A DNA stretch of 24,000 bases from Aquirufa beregesia (GCF_011090385.1 NZ_SEWW01000002.1:27825-51824); one strand, 5' to 3'; numbered from the stretch's first letter, positions 8,871 to 15,480 are shown. Notes: a model not told the origin generated them from the letters alone. Translations and numbers: made by a program.

Positions 8871-9332
8871 TTACTGCCTAATGTGCTGACTATTCAGAAT
8901 TTGTTTGCCTGTGGATAATAATTCTTTACTAGTTAAATAACCACTTGATTTGAGTAAAATTTCCCCATTAGGAAAAATAAAAAGTAAGGTTGGATATCCC
9001 GAGATATCGTATGTTGTACTTAAAATTCTACCCTCTTCTTGTTCCCCATCTAGTGCTACATTAATAAAATTTTGATTGAAAAAAGTCCCCACTTCTTGGT
9101 CAGAAAAAGTATATTTTTTAAGCTTTTTACAAGGGCCGCACCAAGTCGCAAAAACATCTAAAAAAACAATTTTATTTTCCTTTTTAGCTCTAGCTAAAGC
9201 GCCAGTCCAATTTTCTTTTTGAAAAATAATACCTCCATTGGGATCTTTATGAAAGTCAACAGAGGGGTTTTCAAATAAGTATATCGTAAACAAGGTAGCA
9301 AGACCTAGGGTGACAAATATGATACTTTTCAT
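8871..9332 (-). CDS. exported/anchored thioredoxin-fold protein (WCGPC active site)
   Basis: Contains the WCGPC thioredoxin motif (FLDVFATWCGPCKKL). ATG 9332 gives MKSIIFVTLGLATLFTIYLF, a signal peptide or anchor, and sits 1 nt after the upstream stop (TAAcATG). The ORF track's 9362 start would overlap the upstream gene by 29 nt. Confidence 0.85.
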   Translation of the reverse strand: MKSIIFVTLGLATLFTIYLFENPSVDFHKDPNGGIIFQKENWTGALARAKKENKIVFLDVFATWCGPCKKLKKYTFSDQEVGTFFNQNFINVALDGEQEEGRILSTTYDISGYPTLLFIFPNGEILLKSSGYLTSKELLSTGKQILNSQHIRQ

Positions 9333-9333
9333 G

Positions 9334-9903
9334 TTAGTTCTGTTTAAATTCCGCATGGACATTTATATCAATAGATTTATTAATATTTGTTGAGGGTTTT
9401 CCACTAGTGAAAGCAATTCCATACTCAGCTAAAACGACGAAAAATTTACTATCCACAAAAATATTTTTTCCTTTTACATTGATGCTCCCTTTTTCCCTTA
9501 TTGTATTGGTTTTATCTTTCATCGTTAATTCTCCAGTAATTTGAGCTGGATATGTTCCATCTTTGTCGAAATGGATAGCAGATAGATTGGTAATTTTCCC
9601 CACTAACTTAGCTTTGGGAAATTGCTTGGTATCTAGAAATTTGTTATTATTAAAATGTTTCTGCATCAAGGCTTTTTCGAATTCAAAGCTTTGCATGGGA
9701 ACAGAAAAAACAACTTCCCCAGTTTGTGTGTCTATAGTCCCAATAGATTTAAAATTTTGAGCTTCAATATCTTCAGCAACCGTATGAGAAAAGATCTTGA
9801 TAAGTATGGTATTACTTATTAATCTCTCCTCTACCATAGTAAAGGAAGAAGTAGTGAAAAAAGAGGCTAGTAATACGAACCCCAATAGATGTAATTTTTT
9901 CAT
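9334..9903 (-). CDS. YceI-like (lipid/polyisoprenoid-binding beta-barrel family) exported protein
   Basis: 189 aa with a signal peptide. The pattern F.S.G.ID..TGEV.F.VPM.SF...KALMQKHF.....LDTKQFPKAKL.GKI ... G.LT+ resembles YceI-family proteins. Confidence 0.55.
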   Translation of the reverse strand: MKKLHLLGFVLLASFFTTSSFTMVEERLISNTILIKIFSHTVAEDIEAQNFKSIGTIDTQTGEVVFSVPMQSFEFEKALMQKHFNNNKFLDTKQFPKAKLVGKITNLSAIHFDKDGTYPAQITGELTMKDKTNTIREKGSINVKGKNIFVDSKFFVVLAEYGIAFTSGKPSTNINKSIDINVHAEFKQN

Positions 9904-9921
9904 GTTTATTATGTTTATAGT

Positions 9922-10401
9922 TTAAAATTCTAATGATTGTTTTATGTCACATTTTTCTAAAATAACATCCTCATACATTTGAAGATCAGCATCATAAGAA
10001 GCACCTGATCTGATGACACCTTTTATTTGTACTAAATCTCCAATTTTTATATCCTTAGTATGTTTATTCGTTTTTTTTGTGAAGGTACATTGAATGCCTG
10101 CTTTACTATTTTCTTGTTTCAAAAGGAGAACGATATTACCTGCTAAATCCTTTTCAAATTTTGAAACCTTTCCGTTTACGGACAATATTTTTGAATCACC
10201 TTCTGCATCAAGATATTTTTGATTTGCTTTTTTAGGATCCAATAAATATTCATCGACCAATTCATTTGCAGAAATAGAATAATCTGCCTCTAATGAAACG
10301 ACATCCCTATGTGGCATTTGAAATTGAAATACTAAAAATGCGGTGATTACTAGTAGTATTATGGCACTTATTACCCATACCTTTCGAGCTATTTTTTTCA
10401 T
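9922..10401 (-). CDS. N-terminally membrane-anchored OB-fold protein (tRNA_anti-like family type)
   Basis: 159 aa. It has an N-terminal TM helix (VWVISAIILLVITAFLVF), then ...PHRDV......Y.ISA.EL..EY......AN.KYL...I.V.G.V..., as in Bacteroidota tRNA_anti-like OB-fold proteins. Confidence 0.5.
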   Translation of the reverse strand: MKKIARKVWVISAIILLVITAFLVFQFQMPHRDVVSLEADYSISANELVDEYLLDPKKANQKYLDAEGDSKILSVNGKVSKFEKDLAGNIVLLLKQENSKAGIQCTFTKKTNKHTKDIKIGDLVQIKGVIRSGASYDADLQMYEDVILEKCDIKQSLEF

Positions 10402-10446
10402 TGTAAATGTTTATTTATAAAACTTAATGTGATAATCACGGATTTG

Positions 10447-10773
10447 TCACCCAATAGAATTAATTTTTCTAAAAAAATATACTTGGTTATTTTGTAGAAT
10501 AGTTACTTGTTGACAATGGCTTAAATATGTTATGATAAATGGCAAACGGAAGTTGAAATCTGCAGATTGATATTCGACAAATGTGCCACTGCATTCAAGA
10601 ATACCAACAGGGTTAAATCTCGAAATGTTATACTGTTTATTTTCTTTAAGATTCATGACAAACCATGAGCCAGCACCTTCTCCTGCTAACCATTGTGCTG
10701 AATCAGGTAAATTTTGAGGAATGTTGGGTTTAGCAAGGGTATTTTTCGATTTTGCTATATGAGTATATGTCAT
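10447..10773 (-). CDS. hypothetical protein (108 aa, no recognisable family)
   Basis: The ORF track opens at TTG 10785; the first ATG is 10773 (MTYTHIAKSK...). Contains AQWLAGEGAGSWF. It overlaps the 3' end of the upstream gene by 44 nt in the +1 frame. Confidence 0.6.
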   Translation of the reverse strand: MTYTHIAKSKNTLAKPNIPQNLPDSAQWLAGEGAGSWFVMNLKENKQYNISRFNPVGILECSGTFVEYQSADFNFRLPFIITYLSHCQQVTILQNNQVYFFRKINSIG

Positions 10774-11404
10774 TTTTTTGTTCAAGTTGATTTGAATGAT
10801 ATGATTTTAAGGCTACTACATTCCAAGCTGGGGTAGGAGTAAATGTCAGCGGGATAAATAGTCGATACCAAAACCTAAAGGAAGGTTTTCCAAACAATAT
10901 GACAGTTCTAACAAACCTTGAACAATTGGTGCCATTCCATATAAATGGCCCATATTCAATAGCTCCCTTTTGTTGCATACTAATAGCCTTTATATAGGCT
11001 TTTTTGAAATCAATTGGGCAGTATGATCCAATTAGATTTCCTGTTCCATGACAGGATTTATTTTTTTCTACATATTGGAAGATCTCCCTTAAATTTCTAA
11101 TTGTGCCATCTTCAATTTTAGCTCGAATAGGAATTTCAAGATCAAAATCCGTGCCTTTGTTTCTTACTCTACCATGCCCATTGGGGGCGTGATATCTTCC
11201 AAAATCGAAGTAATGACAATCTCCGTTTTTCTCATAAATTAGAATAACGGCAGCATGGCCAACCCGGTAGTAATTATTTTTTGAGATACCGAGTATGTGC
11301 ATTAAATAATCATACCAAGCACCGGTTTTTTTACACAGTGTTTCTGGCCACGCTAATGAGATAGCAAAACCATTATGCTTCAATGTGCTCATAGGAAAAT
11401 TCAT
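10730..11404 (-). CDS. putative permuted papain-fold thiol enzyme (LRAT / NlpC-P60-like signature)
   Basis: VGHAAVILIYEKNGDCHYFDF (His, then a second His 14 residues later) followed ~97 aa downstream by GTNCSRFVRTVI. This resembles the H...H...NCEHFV arrangement of the LRAT/HRASLS family. The likely start is ATG 11404 (MNFPMSTLKH) or 11392. The 11500 start in the ORF track would overlap the NRDE gene by 128 nt. Confidence 0.45.
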   Translation of the reverse strand: MNFPMSTLKHNGFAISLAWPETLCKKTGAWYDYLMHILGISKNNYYRVGHAAVILIYEKNGDCHYFDFGRYHAPNGHGRVRNKGTDFDLEIPIRAKIEDGTIRNLREIFQYVEKNKSCHGTGNLIGSYCPIDFKKAYIKAISMQQKGAIEYGPFIWNGTNCSRFVRTVILFGKPSFRFWYRLFIPLTFTPTPAWNVVALKSYHSNQLEQKNDIYSYSKIEKYPC

Positions 11405-12095
11405 GATGTTTATTTTTTGGAGATAATAAGTCAATATACTTAAAGCTAAAGCCCTTATAATCTTGGATAATTTGAGAGATACTAATAGTTTTGAGTGCAT
11501 TGCCTCTTTCCATCATGATATCATTCTCCTTATTTATTCCTAGGCTACCCTTATGAAAGTCAAGGATATTTTGAGGAGGATTGTGTAGTAACCATTCTTG
11601 AAAAAGTTGCTCTCTTAAAAGCCTAATTTCTGGGCTGTACAAAGTAGCGGAGGACCAAATTTTGGTTTTTGATGTATCTAATTTAGAAACATGCTTTTGC
11701 TCCCCATCCCACCGTAATTCTGTTAATCTTGGCGTTGATTTATTTTCAAGCATGATTAGCGTAAATGGTTCTACATCATCAAAATCCATGAATGCTTGGA
11801 ACATCTCTGCATTTGGATAGATAAAACTGTCAAGAAGCACTTGTCCACGACTTAATTTGTAAGACTCTTTCTTAGTATGATTTTCAAATGCTCCATTGAG
11901 TAAACAGGCAATTCTATTTTCACTAGGACTCAGTGCAATCCATGTTCCACCTGATTGAAGATCTTTGGGGAAAATTAAATGGGAACCTTTCATGTGATAA
12001 TTCTTCGGAATATCAGTTGGCCGAATTACTTTTTCATCTCGATTGGATGTGAGAATGAAACCTGTTTCAGTTGGGATATAACTTACTGTGCACAT
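11373..12095 (-). CDS. NRDE-family (TANGO2-like) protein, putative N-terminal-nucleophile (Ntn) hydrolase with Cys2
   Basis: Begins MCTVSYIPTETGFILTSNRDE, the family-defining N-terminal Met-Cys plus NRDE motif. 240 aa. Its ATG lies inside the last codons of the upstream DinB-like gene (13-nt overlap). Confidence 0.8.
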   Translation of the reverse strand: MCTVSYIPTETGFILTSNRDEKVIRPTDIPKNYHMKGSHLIFPKDLQSGGTWIALSPSENRIACLLNGAFENHTKKESYKLSRGQVLLDSFIYPNAEMFQAFMDFDDVEPFTLIMLENKSTPRLTELRWDGEQKHVSKLDTSKTKIWSSATLYSPEIRLLREQLFQEWLLHNPPQNILDFHKGSLGINKENDIMMERGNALKTISISQIIQDYKGFSFKYIDLLSPKNKHHEFSYEHIEA

Positions 12096-12592
12096 GATGT
12101 TCTTTCTTGATATTGAATGGTAGAATTAGCGTAGCCAAATGTTGGTTTAATGATTTCAGATAAATTTTGCTCGATTAAACTAACTCGAATGAGAGCCTGG
12201 TGATGGATACTATGTTCCAGACAGTAATATAGTTCCCTCCCGAAACTGCTAGTAAATACTTGATCTGAAATAGAAGTGTCTTGAATTTGTAAGAGAGTAT
12301 TTTCAACGTTTTTACTAGCTAATGATAGCATGGTATAACCAATAAAATCATTCGCTAATTCAAGGTTTATTTCAATATTCTTATTCCGTTCTCGTTTACT
12401 ATAATCAACAAAAACGAAAGACTTATTTGTCAGTATTCCTTCATAAAATTCCAATATATGACGTACATGTTCTCCAATGGAAGAACCTAGCAAATATTTG
12501 GACTGATACCTATATTGCTCTTCAGAAAGCTGTTCTAAAAGCAACTTTAAATCCTTCAAGTTTAGAATGCATTGATTAATCATGAGAATCAT
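12083..12592 (-). CDS. DinB/YfiT-like four-helix-bundle metalloprotein
   Basis: 169 aa with SIGEHVRHILEFYEGIL and CLEHSIHHQALIRV, matching the His-triad pattern of the DinB superfamily. Confidence 0.65.
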   Translation of the reverse strand: MILMINQCILNLKDLKLLLEQLSEEQYRYQSKYLLGSSIGEHVRHILEFYEGILTNKSFVFVDYSKRERNKNIEINLELANDFIGYTMLSLASKNVENTLLQIQDTSISDQVFTSSFGRELYYCLEHSIHHQALIRVSLIEQNLSEIIKPTFGYANSTIQYQERTSCAQ

Positions 12593-12603
12593 TTAAAGAT
12601 GTA

Positions 12604-13086
12604 TTATTTAGTTAAGTATAAGGTTTTGATCACGTGAGTGCCAGTTTTAAGGTTTACTCCAAATAATTCTATTTTAGGTATTTGGGGAAACCAGAAGGAA
12701 CTACCCACTAAATGAATGTAGATTTTGTTCAATACGAATTCTTCTTTTTGTATTTGAGTTACTACATAAAAGGTATTGTCATCTGCTTTTTTGACAGTAA
12801 AAATTTGCTTGGCATAAGACACAAAATGAAATGTTGCATTCTCTTTGGTTTTCGACAGAAAATGTAAGCCATATGCATACTTTTGTTGAATCCAAGTCAA
12901 TGAAGAGATCCTTCCATTTTCCGTATGCTTTACCCAATAAATAGTTATTGGGTTATCTTTAAGGTGACCTTCTTCATCGGTTTGAATGGAGTAGATAATT
13001 TGATTAGCATCTTTACTTCGTTCAATGATAAAGCCTGAATTTATCACATTGAAACAAAGTATACATCCCAGGAATAGTTGTGTCAT
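12604..13086 (-). CDS. exported DUF4833-like protein
   Basis: 160 aa with a hydrophobic N-terminus and a possible lipobox-like segment (LFLGCILC). FIIERSKDANQIIY ... NPITIYWVKH ... IQQKYAYGL resembles what I recall of the DUF4833 family. The assignment is from memory and was not searched. Confidence 0.45.
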   Translation of the reverse strand: MTQLFLGCILCFNVINSGFIIERSKDANQIIYSIQTDEEGHLKDNPITIYWVKHTENGRISSLTWIQQKYAYGLHFLSKTKENATFHFVSYAKQIFTVKKADDNTFYVVTQIQKEEFVLNKIYIHLVGSSFWFPQIPKIELFGVNLKTGTHVIKTLYLTK

Positions 13087-13124
13087 CTCATCGTTTATTT
13101 GGGTATACCTTAATATCTAAAAAC

Positions 13125-13157
13125 AAAAAAAATCACCCGGTGGAAGGTGATTTTTTT
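13125..13157 (-). terminator. hairpin between the sigma gene and the downstream cluster (terminator or attenuator)
   Basis: AAAAAAATCACC (13126-13137) pairs with GGTGATTTTTTT (13146-13157) around an 8-nt loop. On the minus strand the GC core ATCACC/GGTGAT is followed by a T8 run. It lies 25 nt after the sigma stop codon and 38 nt before ATG 13086. Confidence 0.55.
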
Positions 13158-13182
13158 AAATTGTTTTTAAAATATGCCGATT

Positions 13183-13725
13183 TTAATCGATTTGCTGCTC
13201 TTTAATTTTTTTAATCTGTTCTACACATTTGTGTTTTTGATTTTGAGCATTATGTCTAGTAGAATAGCCATATTGAATTTGAATTTCCTCTATGGGCTTA
13301 TTTTTAAAGAAAATATCGTGTAAAAGCCGATTACAATGATCGGTAATTCTACTCATTAAATATTGCAGCCTGTCCGTGTAACTTTTTTCTTCTTCAATAC
13401 TTTGCTCAATAGTTTCAAAAAATAAGTGATATTCTTTTTCTGAAATATCAAGGAAAGAGGGCATATTTCTAATCTTATTGAACCAGAGATATTTAGCAAT
13501 AGCAAATACGTAAGTTTTTAATGAGGCCGTTAGTTGAAAGTCATCATGTCTAAGCTTTTCAACTAGAATAATCATAGTATCTTGAAATATATCTAATGAA
13601 TCATCAGGAGTCCCTTTATTATTCAGAATAAAGCGATTAACAATCGGGAAATAGGATTTATATAATTCGCCATATGCAAAATTGCATTCCTTTTTTAAGT
13701 CAATAAGTAGGCTTTCATGATCCAT
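13183..13725 (-). CDS. RNA polymerase sigma-70 family (ECF-like) sigma factor
   Basis: 180 aa. The region-2-like segment is YKSYFPIVNRFILNNKGTPDDSLDIFQDTMIILVEKL ... LKTYVFAIAKYLWFNKIR. The C-terminal region-4-like HTH is CNRLLHDIFFKNKPIEEIQIQYGYSTRHNAQNQKHKCVEQIKK. Confidence 0.8.
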   Translation of the reverse strand: MDHESLLIDLKKECNFAYGELYKSYFPIVNRFILNNKGTPDDSLDIFQDTMIILVEKLRHDDFQLTASLKTYVFAIAKYLWFNKIRNMPSFLDISEKEYHLFFETIEQSIEEEKSYTDRLQYLMSRITDHCNRLLHDIFFKNKPIEEIQIQYGYSTRHNAQNQKHKCVEQIKKIKEQQID

Positions 13726-13800
13726 GTTGGTAGTAGAGGAGGTACAAATATTAGATATTCATTTTTAATAAGCCTAATATTCGTCCATATAAGATCAATT

Positions 13801-14439
13801 TTACCTTGCATGTTTGTGCGATCCATCACAAGAAGGCATTTTTTGGGAAAGGCCACAAATACAATCACTTAATCCCTTGCCAATAAGGATGCGTTTTGTG
13901 TTTTTTTCAATTCTGGAAATTCTTGTGGCAGCTTGTTTTGGCTCCGCAAAATGCATCAAATACATTCTTTGTCGACCCGGAGTTAATCGTGCAAAAGCTG
14001 TTTTTAATGCTTCATCCTCATCCATGGCGCTTTGAAATTCCTCTGGAACAGCATAATCCTCAATTTTTTTTAAGGTCACTTTGGCACCCGATTTTTCCAC
14101 TTCAATCGCTTCTAAAATATACGCTTTAATCAGTGCTTCTTTGGATAGGATATCGTCAAGATGGGTGAATCGAATTTGTCGGCTCGACTGTGTATTTTCC
14201 CCTGGTTTACTAAAGACGTGGGCAGAATCTTTTAATAAAACGCCTTTAAAAAACATGATGGCAACGTATTCTTTGAAACCTTGTAGAATAACCAAATTCG
14301 ACTTGTCATGGGAATAGCAAGGGGAGCTCCATTTCAAATCTTCTTCCAAGCCCATCTCCAACAATAGGCTTCTCAGTAAGCTTAATTCCGCTTGCCATTT
14401 GTCTAGTTTTACCAGAAAGGCATCTACTTTAGGATTCAT
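13801..14439 (-). CDS. DUF1801/YdeI(OmpD-associated)-like protein fused to a C-terminal CDGSH iron-sulfur motif
   Basis: The N-terminal and central parts are YdeI-like (MNPKVDAFL..KWQAEL..LR ... LTPGRQRMYLMHFAEPKQAATRISRIEK). The last 28 aa contain CICGLSQKMPSCDGSH, an exact match to C-x-C-x2-(S/T)-x3-P-x-C-D-G-(S/A/T)-H (nt 13816-13863). Confidence 0.8.
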   Translation of the reverse strand: MNPKVDAFLVKLDKWQAELSLLRSLLLEMGLEEDLKWSSPCYSHDKSNLVILQGFKEYVAIMFFKGVLLKDSAHVFSKPGENTQSSRQIRFTHLDDILSKEALIKAYILEAIEVEKSGAKVTLKKIEDYAVPEEFQSAMDEDEALKTAFARLTPGRQRMYLMHFAEPKQAATRISRIEKNTKRILIGKGLSDCICGLSQKMPSCDGSHKHAR

Positions 14440-14484
14440 GAGTCACATTTTTTCTAAAAATAAATGGAATTTATGATATGTCCG

Positions 14485-14517
14485 TTTTTTGACTTTCAAT
14501 TTATGAATGTCAAAAAA
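14485..14517. repeat. 9-bp perfect A/T-rich inverted repeat, function unknown
   Basis: TTTTTTGAC (14485-14493) and GTCAAAAAA (14509-14517) with a 15-nt spacer. It lies between the GH3 remnant and the YdeI-CDGSH gene. It would be a weak terminator and could lie in the promoter region. Confidence 0.4.
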
Positions 14518-14532
14518 TAGTCAAACGAGATT

Positions 14533-15480
14533 TTAGGACTTATTTATAGGATAATCCATGCCCAAATGGGAATCTTGCCCATCTACTTGAGGGCCGCCTC
14601 CAGGGAAGTGTTTGGTGGTCATGGCCACGGATTGAGTTCCTAAATTTTTTCCTTGAAAACCCACAATGATTTCTTGAATCATACGAGATGTCAAATCTGC
14701 ATCTTCTCCAAAGGCCCCTTCCATTCGCTGCCAACGTGGTTCGGTGGCTAAGTCGGCCATGTACATATATCCTTTTCGTAGACCAGCCGCACGCCATTCT
14801 TTAGAAGCAATTTCAGCAAATTGACGCGTCAAAGCAAAGTCTCTCATAGCAGCCAAACCTAATTCCTCAGGCCATTTAGAAAATGCCGTTACACCCACAC
14901 TTAATCCAACTGAAGCATCTGTGGTCACATGATTTCTTGGGTTGGAAGCCACGATGGCTGGTATCCCTAGTCGTGTTTCCTCGCACAAGGCTTGGAGATT
15001 GTTGGACCATTTTGCCAAGATTTCTGGAGCGGCGTTCGCTCTCAAAATGAAGTGACGAGGGTGAAATTGACGAGCCCCTTTTGTGGTTCCGGTAGTGGCC
15101 ATATTAGGGGCTCCCAGCAGCTTTCGGATAAACATTTGGTGTTTTGAATCAGATCTTCTTCATAGAAACGATCGCTGATGGGTGTAGCTGGACGCGCAGC
15201 TGGCGCTCCACCAAATCCATTGTCGCCACCCATGCGAGTCGTACTAATTAACATGAAGCCCACCTTTTCCTCCTAGGTCATTTGAGAAACCAAGTCCTTA
15301 ATTTCTCTCCGAAATGGGGAATCGCCAATCCTCGTATCGATCTAACTTGTTGTTTTTATTCAGGTCTTTGAACTGCATTTGTTGCAGATGGAGCATTTCC
15401 ACTTAATTGTGGCTGACTTGTATGGAACCGTGCTTGTATTGGTAAAAGACAAAATAGCTAACAGGCCTAGCAAATACATG
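14533..15480 (-). pseudogene. decayed glycoside hydrolase family 3 (beta-glucosidase/xylosidase-type) gene
   Basis: GH3-like sequence is spread over four reading frames. Frame 1: a signal-peptide-like MYLLGLLAILSF from ATG 15480. Frame 2: QFKDLNKNNKLDRYEDWRFPISER. Frame 3: IKDLVSQMT-(TAG 15273-15275)-EEKVGFMLIS...DRFYEEDLIQ. Frame 4: FIRKLLG...RLGIPAIVASNPRNH...KHFPGGGPQVDGQDSH in ORF 14533-15135. It ends after ~310 codons, before the SDW nucleophile motif and the whole C-terminal domain. Confidence 0.8.

Noticed and set aside
10771-10785. Programmed -1 ribosomal frameshifting on the slippery-looking A AAA AAT heptamer.
   Set aside because: The -1 frame reads ...TGA ACA AAA AAA TGA and terminates immediately. 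The downstream ORF is in the +1 frame. Only a 1-nt deletion or slippage, or independent initiation at ATG 10773, can express it.
11405-11500. Longer N-terminal versions of several ORFs: 10730-11500, 16816 start, 20587 start, 9362 start, 10785 TTG start.
   Set aside because: The extensions overlap upstream genes or regulatory palindromes. Internal ATGs give proper signal peptides or tight stop-start junctions. 10785 is a TTG codon, not an ATG.
13814-14317. Three plus-strand ORFs (73-78 aa) opposite the YdeI-CDGSH gene.
   Set aside because: They are antisense to a CDS with two recognisable domains, including an exact CDGSH motif. They have no features of their own.
14540-14797. Minus-strand ORF 14540-14797 (85 aa) and plus-strand ORF 15379-15606 (75 aa) as independent genes.
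   Set aside because: Both lie within the GH3 pseudogene region in alternative frames or on the other strand. They are by-products of the decayed gene rather than new genes.
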